From an uncultured Planctomycetaceae bacterium (GTDB taxonomy: Bacteria > Planctomycetota > Planctomycetia > Planctomycetales > Planctomycetaceae): DNA of 64,000 nt. Of this stretch, positions 43,586 through 53,748 are shown one piece after another. Positions within the stretch are counted from its first letter, which is position 1. Every line of letters starts with the position of its first letter. The translations under genes and the position numbers were made by a program. Where the stretch lies: positions 1 through 64,000 of the forward strand of contig CAWFGE010000009.1 in NCBI GenBank assembly GCA_963815195.1. Reading direction: 5' to 3'. The notes below the pieces were generated by a model that searched no databases, was not told where the DNA came from, and saw only the letters and a list, made by a program, of their open reading frames with translations.

Positions 43586-44029
43586 TTACGTGCGCGGAGG
43601 ATGCTCAATGCGGAGCGGATAACCATCGGAAAGATGGAGAGCCGCAAACATCGAGAGGGCCCACTGGGCCTTTGGCGATGGCTCGGCTTCGGCGACCGGT
43701 TGCCAAAGGTGGTCGAATCCTGCCGGCGCTCTGGACGTTGGAACTATCGGCACTGGCGGATTCGGATCGCGGCCGCAGTTCGGTCTCCGGCAAGGCGGAG
43801 GGGCGGGCCGGGAAGAATGCGATTCTGAAGAGGTCCGATTGGTGGCCTCTTCATCTATTTCCGTTTTCTTTCCCGCGTGCGACAAATAGTCCCCGCACGT
43901 GGCAAAAACGGATGCGGGCAAGGCGGCGCAGAGGACGAGCGCTAGGCTCGTCCCACAAAACAAAACGCGAGGATCGGGGGAACAGCCGATATGAGATTTC
44001 GACGGGAATGGAGAATTGCCGATCAACAT
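43586..44029 (-). CDS. Small secreted Cys/Pro-rich protein, possible leader peptide
   Basis: Hydrophobic signal ending VFA|TCGDY, PCRRPNC, C-terminal RIEHPPRT. Confidence 0.5.
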   Translation of the reverse strand: MLIGNSPFPSKSHIGCSPDPRVLFCGTSLALVLCAALPASVFATCGDYLSHAGKKTEIDEEATNRTSSESHSSRPAPPPCRRPNCGRDPNPPVPIVPTSRAPAGFDHLWQPVAEAEPSPKAQWALSMFAALHLSDGYPLRIEHPPRT

Positions 44030-44392
44030 ATCAATGCACGATAAAGCGAGAGTCGGTGAATGTCAATCCGGCGACTGATTCGGCTCGCGGCGACTTCGCA
44101 ACTTCACGGCGGCGAACCCGCGAAAACATTCGCCAATCTCTTTCACACGTTGGTGAAAGATTCACCGCAACAGTCTGACGTCGACAATGAATTCCACTGC
44201 GAATGGGAATCCCATCAGGCATATTCTACAACATGGCCAACCGTCCCTGCATGGTGCCGAACCGCTTTTATTATTGGGACGCGTTCAACGATCCGGATCG
44301 GCGAAGGGCCGGGACCGGCCTGGGGCTGGCCCAACGAATTGACCGTGGTGCCTTGGTATGGAAAGGACGAATTATGACCTGGTCGGCGGCGA

Positions 44393-46064
44393 ATGCCGTG
44401 GGGAAAATCGGACGGGAATACGCGGGGCGTTTGCATGTTTGCCAGGGGTGCAGCGCCGGGGGCGATGTGTCCGATTGGTCGCTGGGATAAACCGAAGCCG
44501 GTGGCAACAAAATCGAAACCTGCCGTGACGGCGACGCTGGAAACCGAACGCATCGCCCGCGATGTGACCATCGGCATTTCCGCCTTCCGTCGGCCAGGCT
44601 GCGTGGAACGGCTTGGTGAAATCCATTCGCCAGTTCTATCCGACCACGCGAATCATCATCGGCGACAATGGCGATCAGCCCGCAAACGTGGCCGACGACC
44701 ATCTGACTTATCTGCGGTTGCCGTTCAACATCGGTTTGTCCGCCACGCGGAATCGGATCGTGGATGCACTTGCAAACGCCATATCTGTGGCTGTTGGATG
44801 ACGATTACGAATTCACGGCGGAAACGCGATTGCAGCCGGTTCTTGGATGTGCTGGATGCCGATGACGCATCGGCGTGGTCGGTGGGGCCTTGGTGGAAGA
44901 TGGCCAACCGGCTTCCACTTGGGCACAACGCTTGGTGCTGGAAAACGGCGTGCTTGAACGGCAAACCCGTGCGGCGGGATATTCAATTCGCGGGCCAGAC
45001 GCAATATCTATCTGGCCGACACCGCCAACAACTTCGCGTTGTTCCGCCGCGAAATGCTGGCCGACCATCGTTGGACCGAACCGCTGAAACTTCGCGAACA
45101 CGCCGATTACTATTGGCGGGTCAAACAGGCGGGCCAGTGGCAGGTCGCCGTTTGCGAACAGGTCCGCTGCAAGCACCTGCGGGTTCAGTCGCCCGAATAT
45201 AAGGAACACCGGCATCGGAATCACGAATTCTTAAACACGATGCTGGACCTGTCGGGCCTAAAAGAATTGAACATCCTGCCCGGCAGCGATCCCCGCATGG
45301 CCGTGGACGGTCGGCCCAACATCGTCGTCTTGGGCGTGGGCAATTCGGGCACCACCATCGTCACCAAAATGCTGCATGCCTTGGGTTGGCAGGCGGCGGA
45401 CGCCGATGAGACGTTCGGGGAATCCGTGCGGCTTCGGGACATCAATGAATCGGGGGATTTCAGCGGGGCGGCGGAATACCTGGCCGGCTTGCCGCAACCG
45501 TGGGCGATCAAAGATCCCCGGCTGGTTCGCACGTTGGGCCGTTGGCAGCCGTTCTTATTGCCGTATAAGCCCGTGTTGGTTTGGGTGATTCGCGACCGCG
45601 AATCCGTGCTGGAATCGAAACGCAAACGCGGTGTGCCGCGGGAATCGGCGTCGGGGCAATACGATTCGCAGATTCGGCAGGCGGGGCGGTTGTATGCGGC
45701 ATGGACGGGACCGAAATGCTGGATCGAATATGAACGGTTGGCGGATGCCGTGGGGTTGTGGCGGGATGGGAATGGGAAATTGTCGCGGGATCGGGCGCGG
45801 GAAATTGCCGTGCGGTTGGGGACGGAATTGACGGAAGCGGAATTGGATCGGCTGTATGATGTTGCTTGTGAATTTGCGGGCGACGAATGGAAGTACGTGG
45901 GCCAGGATGCGGGTGGGCTTTGGATGGTGGCTTCGGGCTTGCCTGCTGGCGTGCGGTTGGTTTGCGAGGGCGTGCGGGCGGATGTGGTGGAACGGGTGCG
46001 GGTGGTGAGGGGAGAATTTGTGGGAAACGGGTTTGCAAAACGCCCACCGGTTGGAAGAACATAA
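44393..46064 (+). CDS. GT2 glycosyltransferase fused to sulfotransferase-like P-loop domain, multiple indels
   Basis: VTIGISAFRRP, IIIGDNG, NIGLSATRN, LLDDD; then VVLGVGNSGTT and WAIKDPRL. Confidence 0.7.
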
Positions 46065-46119
46065 GAACGAATGCGCGAATGTTGCTATACTGAGCCCGAA
46101 CGATTTTGGGGAGATTCGC

Positions 46120-46791
46120 ATGAGTGCTAACGAAGAAGCGTTTGCTTTCCATACCATCGTGGGTGAACATTCAGATCCACTAATTGATATCAAGCGCGGT
46201 GCCAGGAAGATTTTCGGGATTGGATTAAGCCGCACCGGAACGAAGAGTCTGGCGGCCGCGTTGAATCTGGTCGGGGTCAAAACCAAGTGGTATCCGCAAG
46301 ATCCCACTACGTTCCAAGAGTTGGCTGCGGGCAATTATCGGTTGAGCATTCTGGAACAGTATGACGCCTTGACGGATACGCCGGTCGTTCCGTTTTACCC
46401 GCAGTTTGACCAATTATATCCAGGCAGCAAATTCATCCTCACGGTGCGAGAGAAAGAATCGTGGCTCCGCTCGTGTGAAAAACATTGGCGAAACTTGAAT
46501 CTTCGCGGGTTGGAAACCGACGACGCCCCGGTTTGGCGAAAATTCGCGTTCTTTATTGACTGCTGTGTGTACGGTTGCAATGGCTTTAATCCCTCCCGAT
46601 TTGCCTATGTTTACGACCGGCATGTGGAGAACGTGATGCAGTATTTCGACTCTCGCATCGGCACGGATCTGTTGGTGCTTAATGTATGTTCGGGAGAGGG
46701 ATGGGAAAAGTTGTGCCCATTTCTAGGGCTGCAGTCGCGAGCAGGATCCTTTCCGATCGTCAATGATTTCAATTCCGCTCTTTTGGGATAG
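46120..46791 (+). CDS. Sulfotransferase-family protein
   Basis: KIFGIGLSRTGTKSL, DALTDTP, YPGSKFILTVRE.ESW, GEGWEKLCPFLG. Confidence 0.85.
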   Translation: MSANEEAFAFHTIVGEHSDPLIDIKRGARKIFGIGLSRTGTKSLAAALNLVGVKTKWYPQDPTTFQELAAGNYRLSILEQYDALTDTPVVPFYPQFDQLYPGSKFILTVREKESWLRSCEKHWRNLNLRGLETDDAPVWRKFAFFIDCCVYGCNGFNPSRFAYVYDRHVENVMQYFDSRIGTDLLVLNVCSGEGWEKLCPFLGLQSRAGSFPIVNDFNSALLG

Positions 46792-46878
46792 CGACATCAT
46801 TGACTTTAGAAAAGGGTAGAGGAGGGTCGAGGAACGACTTGAGTGGTTTATTATGGCTTAATGGGGGAGTTATAATTG

Positions 46879-47286
46879 TTACGGCGGTTCGTTATTCAAA
46901 AGGCGGAAGTGGTAAGGATAATCCTCTGCGCGTTCCAGCTTTCCACTCTCGTAAAACTCCTCCAATTGATTTGAAATGGATTCTTCCGAATAATCTCCCC
47001 CTTCTATACTCTCTAGATACTGACATAAGCGCCATGCATCAAAAATATCCTCGCCATCAACGATGCCAACATGTGCATCTACTACGGTGGAATCTTTGTC
47101 GCATCGAAAACGGATTCCGACACCGTGGGGGTGAGCTTCCCAAGTTAATTCTTCAAGTTTGATATATTTGGGGACAGTGTCGCGTAGGTTGAGTTCGTCC
47201 AATTGTCCATTTAGATTTGCTTGGAGTACCTTCAGTAGCGCTCGTTGGATTGCAACGAATGTCTTAATTATCTCGATCGTTAGCAT
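46879..47286 (-). CDS. Putative immunity protein (DUF6896-like)
   Basis: AT-rich, 10 nt after toxin stop; WEAHPHGVGIRF..FDAWRL. Confidence 0.65.
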   Translation of the reverse strand: MLTIEIIKTFVAIQRALLKVLQANLNGQLDELNLRDTVPKYIKLEELTWEAHPHGVGIRFRCDKDSTVVDAHVGIVDGEDIFDAWRLCQYLESIEGGDYSEESISNQLEEFYESGKLERAEDYPYHFRLLNNEPP

Positions 47287-47296
47287 AGTATTTCCC

Positions 47297-48675
47297 TCAC
47301 CAGCGATGAGATAATCCCAGGTTTTCTGCAGCCTCAGCAGCTTGTTGAAGCAACTTTTCCCCATACTCTTCGCTGACTTCTTCAATAATGACAGGGATCT
47401 TTTTTATGCCAGCAGAACCAGCCGCTCGTGCTCGGTGATGGCCATCGATGATGATTTTTCGACCTTTGACAATTGCGATCCGAATTGGCTTAGTTGGATC
47501 AAAGCCCTTCGTTTTCATCGACTTCGTGAGTCGTTTGAGTTGGCTGCTTGAAAATTCGCTTTTCAACTGCCTTCCATAAAGTTCTCGTACTGGCACTAGT
47601 AATCATGTGTCCCCTGTATTATGCACCAAAACGCCAATCCGCCCACTTGGTAAACATGCTCCCCTTGGACTTCCAGGTTATAGACGCGCTCCGGCTTCTC
47701 TCGCGGTAAAGCCTTCACGAATTTGGCGGTATGGCCAGCGGCTTGCAGGGTTTCGCCGGGTTTGAGTTCGTCGGCGCGGATGGTTCTTGCCGGTCCACGC
47801 TCCAGAAGCGGTGGTTTGGTGTGCTGCCGATGGGTTTGGGTTGGCCTTCGATGTAAATGTCGATGACTTGGGCGGCGTCGTGGATGAACTTGCCGGTGAT
47901 GATCGGGCCATCGCCGGGTTGGATTTTTGGGCAGGGGCCGATGGACAGGACCAAGGCTTCGTCATTCACTCCGCACTCGGGAATCGAGATGTGGATCCGG
48001 CCGCCCGCTTTGGCTTGATTTAGATCCAGCCACCATAGAGGACGCAGCAATTCAATCCGGCAGTTCCCGCCGCTCTCTTTTTCCGCCCGCAGAATGATCT
48101 GCCGCCAGGTCGCGGAATCGACGTCCACGCCGAACCGGTCGTCGAAATCTCCCTTCGGATTATGGGCGTTCGTCCGCTCGCCCACTCGCACTTCGCCAAT
48201 GGGCTTGGTATGCGGGCATCGCTGCTCGGCAAGAGGAACGCGATCGCTAATAGCAAGGTAACAATCCCGCCCGTCACGCCGGCCCAGGCGCGGCCGACCC
48301 ACTTGGGCGGTTTCTTGCGCTGCCCGGTATCTCTCGGTTTTGGTTTGGGCTTGGTAGGAACTTCCATCGGAATGGCTTCGATATTTGCAATCGGTCGGGA
48401 AATCAGCGGCGGATCTTCCTCCAGTCTATCAAGCAAATGGTTCTCCGTGAACTCCCGAAAGACCGCAGCATGGGCGGTTTCGATTTCGCTTGGTTCAAGA
48501 ATCACCGGCCCCTCGCCAGCCAAGGCCGATTGCAATTGCCGAGTGCTCCGGCCCGGAACTAGTTTGTCGAACAGTTCTTCCGCCTTTTGCTGCATGTCGT
48601 TCACGTCGGCCTTTTCCGCGGCCAACGCGGCGAGCGTCTCCGTCAACGCCGCTTGCAAGCCCTCTTTGAGTTCCC
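47297..48675 (-). pseudogene. Orphan toxin cassette 3: coiled-coil stub + TM + Hint + ParB/Srx-like toxin
   Basis: Homologous to main gene; several indels; tip SMKTKGFDPTKPI....IIIDGHHRARAA. Confidence 0.8.
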
Positions 48676-48703
48676 TTGAGTTCCCTGAGCTACTGACAAC
48701 ACA

Positions 48704-49189
48704 TCAATCGGTAAGTATCAGGCTTATAATAGTTTCTCGATCGTAAAATGAATTTGAAGTATCACCCACTGGGCATAAGTCATACGCTGCATAGGACCGA
48801 TCGAATTCCTGCACATCGAAGCTAACGCGAATCGACTTATACTTTGGCTTCACTGCGTTCACAGACAAAACCCGACCCTCTGTCCCATAGGGCGCCAGCC
48901 CCCGACCTGGGATTGTCACGACGACGACCGGATCCCCTACTTTGTAATGAGATAGAACGGACGCTAGTTCCGCTAAGGCTTGGCATAGCTGCGAATCCCC
49001 ACCATTACAATCCATCGCGAAAATCAATACACGGAGTTTCGCAGGGGAAAGGCTACATTTGAGGACTCGTTCGGTAGAATCAACGAACTCCGGCAAAGAA
49101 AATCCTTGTCCGCGAAGTACCGCTTCCAACCTTGCGAACTGAGATACAGTTAAATTGAGGGAATATTCATAATCCATCCAAATCACCAT
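48704..49189 (-). CDS. Putative immunity protein
   Basis: Directly follows cassette 2 toxin; lower GC; no family recognised. Confidence 0.6.
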   Translation of the reverse strand: MVIWMDYEYSLNLTVSQFARLEAVLRGQGFSLPEFVDSTERVLKCSLSPAKLRVLIFAMDCNGGDSQLCQALAELASVLSHYKVGDPVVVVTIPGRGLAPYGTEGRVLSVNAVKPKYKSIRVSFDVQEFDRSYAAYDLCPVGDTSNSFYDRETIISLILTD

Positions 49190-49199
49190 TAGCGACGTA

Positions 49200-50738
49200 C
49201 TACGGAGGACAGAGTTTCTTGAAATGTCCCGAATTTAGTCCAGAAGCTGGCATTTGTTTGCCGATCTTCTCCCAGATTTCGGGGTGATGCTTGCTGACAG
49301 CCTCAAGAGTCTCCATTGTAGTCTTCAATGCCTGCTCTGGACCGACCTTGTTGCTTGCACGAATAACTTGGTTCATCCCTTGAAGTGCTTGAAGTTTTCT
49401 GTGATCAAGATGCCGCCCTCTTTCTCAACCATCTCACGAATCGCATCGTCGGTCATTCCAGACGTAACCTTTTGCACATTATATCCCGCATTCGTGAGAT
49501 CGTCTACCATATAAAAGACATTCTCATCGATCCAGATCATGGGCAGTTCGCCTGTTGTGTTGTGGACGAGTACCCCCAATGGTGAAACTCGATAAACGTG
49601 TTCGCCTTGGATTTCCAGGTTGTAGACGCGTTCGGGGTTTTCTCTCGGGACGGCCTTCAGGAACTTTATAGTGTCACCGGCAGCTTGCAGGGTTTCGCCG
49701 GGTTTTAGCTCATCGGCCCGCACGAACTCTTGGCGGTCAACCGACCAGAAGCGGTGGTTGGGGGTGCTGCCGATGGGTTTGGCTTGGCCTTCGATATAGA
49801 CATCGATGACCCGGGCGGCGTCGTGGATGAACTTGCCGGTGATGATTGGACCATCGCCGGGGGCAATCGGCGGGCAAGGGCCGATGGAGAGAACCAGGGC
49901 TTCGTCGTTCACGCCGCATTCGGGAATCGAGATGTGGACTCGGCCGCCGACTTTGGCTTGATTGAGATCTAGCCACCAGGTTGGCCGGAGCAATTCGATC
50001 CAGCAGTTCCCGCCGCCTTCTTTTTCGGCCCGTAGAATGATTTGCCGCCAGGTCGCGGGATCGACATCCACGCCAAACTTGTCGTCGAAATCTCCTTTCG
50101 GATGATGGGCATTCGACCGCTCGCCCAATCGCACTTCGCCGATGGGTTTCGTGTGCGGCCCGCTGCTACTCGGCAAGAGAAACGCCAGCGCCAACAGCCC
50201 TGTCACTATTACACCGGTCAGCCCGGCCCAAGCGCGGCTGACCCACTTGGGCGGCTTGTTATTCTTCCTGGAACCTCTAGGCTTTGGTTTCGGCTTGATA
50301 GGCGCTTCCATCGGAACGGCTTCGATATTTGCAATCGGTCGGGAAATCAGCGGCGGCTCTTCCTCTAGCGTATCAAGAGAATTGCCTTTCGTGAACTCCA
50401 GAAACACTTCCGCGCGGGCGGCTTCGTCTGGCTCGACAACAACCGGCCCCTCGCCGGCGAAGGCCGGTTGCAATTGCGGCGTGCTCTGACCCGGGAAGAG
50501 TTTGTCGAACAGTTCTTCCAGCTTAACGAGCAGTTCGCCGAAGGGCATGAAGTTCGTCACGCTATTCGCGAAGGGGTCGAATTCCTCCGACAGGTCTTCC
50601 CCAGTCCCCAGCGAGTTTCCAAAGCGTTTCTTCCACAATTCGTAAGCCAGCGGACTGAGCACTAGAATCCCCAACGCGCTAACCACCAGAAACACCTTCA
50701 GCTTCTCGCCGCCCTCGCCGTCCAGGTGTACTTCGGTC
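49200..50738 (-). CDS. Orphan toxin cassette 2: TM-TM-Hint + PIN-like (DUF5615/Mut7-C-like) toxin
   Basis: Homology starts at TEVHLDGEGG; VLVHN then IWIDENV..GY.V..GMTDDAI...ILITENFKHF; an indel near 49376 extends the frame to TAG at 49200. Confidence 0.78.
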
Positions 50739-50761
50739 TATTCGAAATGCGGTTCACAGTG

Positions 50762-50971
50762 CTACGCCAGAATCTCTATTCCAATTAATTCCTTTTTCGA
50801 ATCAAAATCCAAATAGACACGCGGCCCCTTATAGTCTTCAATAATCTCGTGAAGCCCTATCGTTCGGGCCACACAGCCAGATGTAGGTTGTTTCGGAAAT
50901 CCAGGTAACTTGATGTACGCAGTAGCTGTATTTGTTGAACTCGCTTCAAACTGAATATTATCAATTGACAT
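50762..50971 (-). CDS. DUF2283-like immunity/antitoxin
   Basis: AYIKL..VART..VYLDFDSKKELIGIEIL. Confidence 0.72.
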   Translation of the reverse strand: MSIDNIQFEASSTNTATAYIKLPGFPKQPTSGCVARTIGLHEIIEDYKGPRVYLDFDSKKELIGIEILA

Positions 50972-51071
50972 AGCGATTAGTTACTCCGGATTGTTCAAGC
51001 TGTTTTTCTGCGATTATTTGACAATGAAAAGAGGAATCTCGGCATACAAACGATATTGAATAACTGCCACT

Positions 51072-53748
51072 TCAGTTGATTACTGTTCGCAAAATAGCTT
51101 TTCCTTTCTTAGTGAGTTCATAAACCGCCTTTCCATTTCCAAATGGCACCAAAATTGAATCAGCACGTCTTGGATCCGCAATTGTACCTACCGGTAAGCC
51201 ATTCTGGTTGATGGATTTGGTCAGAGATCTTAACCCCGCACTGGCTGACTTTGTATCAGGGGACACACCTCGTTGAAATGCTCGCTCTGCTGCATGCGCT
51301 ATATCTGAATTGAGTGCCTTTTTAAGTCGAGGTAAACCAAGATGATCTAGGAGGCTATCTGTTGCAGAATGTACGTTAGGCAGTCCGGGGCCGAGGGGAT
51401 ATGTATTATGCACTAATGCGCCAAGGTGGCCCACCCGGTAAACATGTTCGCCCCACACTTCCAGGTTGTAAACAACCTCCGGCCCCGCGCGGGGCGTGAT
51501 GCTTGTGATGCGGCAGGTGCCTTGCAGGCGGGTGTGGACCTGTTCGCCTTCTTTGAGCATTTCGGCCGGGACGAATTCCTGGCGGTCTTCTGACCACCAC
51601 AAATGGTTGGGGGTGGTGCCGATTTTTTCCCGGCCGTCGATTTCGATGTCTAGGATGCGATTCACATGGTGACGGAAGATGCCGGTGACCAGTGGTCCCT
51701 TGCCGGGAGCGGGCTCGGGACAGGGATCAATCGAAACGATCTTCGCTAACCCGACCACTCCCATTTCGGGCATTGACAGAGGGACGGATGCACATGGTTG
51801 GGCATCGGCGGCCGCGATCCATTGCGGGGATCGCGCCAGATCGAACTCAACCTCTCCCCCGTTGGGTTTGGGAAGGCGGAAATGAATGAGCTTCCATGTT
51901 TTCGGATCCGGTTGCGGCAGATGGGGACCGACCTCCGAGCGAATCGGATTTCGGCTTTCCGTGCGGTCAAAAATCTTGACTTCGCCGATGGGCTTGGTAT
52001 GCGGCGCACCGCTTGGCAACAGGAATGCCAGCGCCAAGAGCAGCGTCACAATCCCGCCCGTCACGCCGGCCCAAGCGCGGCCGACCCACTTGGGCGGCTG
52101 ATTTTTCTTCCTGGAACCTCTAGGCTTAGGTTTTGGCTTGACGGGCGATTCCATTGGAACGGCTTCGATATTTGCAATCGGTCGGGAAATCAGCGGCGGC
52201 TCTTCCTCTAGCGTATCAAGAGAATTGCCTTTCGTGAACTCCAGAAACACTTCCGCGCGGGCAGCTTCGTCTGTCTCGACAACGGCCGGTCCTTCGCCCG
52301 CAAAGGCCGGTTGCAATTTTGCAGTGCTCTGGCCGGGGAAGAGTTTGTCGAACAGTTCTTCCAGCTTAACGAGCAGTTCGCCGAAGGGCATGAAGTTCGT
52401 CAAACTATTCGCGAAGGGATCGAATTCCTCGGGCAGGTCTTCCCCGACGCCCAGCGAGTTTCCATAGCGCTTCTTCCACAATTCGTAGGCCATCGGGCTT
52501 AAGATCAAGATCCCCAATGCGCTCACGACCAAAAACACGTTCAGCTTCTCGCCGCCTTCGCCATCGAGGTGCACTTCGGTTTCGTACACGAAGCAACCCC
52601 TTCCTGTGAAGATCTTGCGAACGGGGCAGGGCAAGAGCTCGGCCACCGCTTTGCCGACCGCCGGGAGTTTGAGGAACTTGCTCACTGGCCGGGCGATGAA
52701 CGCGGCCGCTTTGAACAAGCCCTTCCCCACGAAGCCGACGAGTTTCCCGAACCCCGCAGCAACCGGCGTGAAGGAGAACGCCAGCGTCATCGTGCCTTCA
52801 AACATTCGGCCGCGAGCGAAGTAAATCGTGGCATTGACTCTTTCGATCCAGTTGCTGATCGCCGTCCCTACGACCGGCACAAACGACGCCTTCAATGCCA
52901 AAATGTGCAGTTCGTTTTGCAACACGTCCAGCACGTATTCGTTGGACTCCTTGATGAACGTGCCCACGAAAATTTCGGTGTAATGCAATTGCTGGTTTTC
53001 GAGCGATTCGATTTTGGCGGACTTTTCCAAGTCATATTGGTCTTTGAGGGCCTGGGAATCGGCTATCACCAGCGACATCGTGGCCTGGTTGGAATTGATC
53101 CGGTTCGCCACGTCGCGTTCGGCGGCGTCTTCTTGCCGATGAGCTTCCGCGGCTTCGTCCGCCTCGCGGGCCCGCAGGTTGCGCTCGGCGGAGGTCAAGT
53201 CGTGCTTGGCCTGGGCCATTGCCCGGTTTGCCTGGGCCTGGGCCTGCTGAAGTGCCAAGGTCGCCTGGTTTTTGATGTCCTGGAGGATCGCCTGGCCTTC
53301 GGTCTGCTCCTCAGTCAACTCGGCAATCGCCTTTTGCAGCATGTCGTTGACGTCGGCCTTTTCCGCCGCCAATACGGCGAGCGTCTCCGTCAAGGCCGCT
53401 TGCAAGTCCTGTTTGAGTTCCTGGAGGGACTGCTCGGCATCCTTGGTCAGCGAGAGGAAGCGGCCGATGGGGGCGACCGGCAGGGCCGGGTCTTCCACGA
53501 ACGGCGAGCGGTTGTACTCGGCTAACACGCCGATGACCTGGGCGCTGATCGTGGCCAGCGAGCCGAGTTCGGTGCCGGTATAGATCTCGCCGATCATGTC
53601 GTAGGCGTCGAGCGAGCCGTTGATGTCGTTCCAGACCCACACGTGCCAGATGCTGCCGTAGCCGTCGTTGGGGTCGGGATCGGCGGAGGGATCGCCCCCG
53701 GTGCCCGCCGTGGCCCAGCCCATAAACGACCCGTAGGCCACCAGATAG
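51072..53748 (-). CDS. Orphan toxin cassette 1: coiled coil + PT-TG-like + split Hint + DUF4258/BECR-like toxin
   Basis: ~2.35-kb near copy of main gene 54661-57010; tip HAAERAFQRGVS..ILRTVI; no natural start at the homology boundary. Confidence 0.82.

Noticed and set aside
47297..47596. ParB as a partition protein
   Set aside because: Short, follows a Hint junction, no HTH or parA; better read as a toxin tip.
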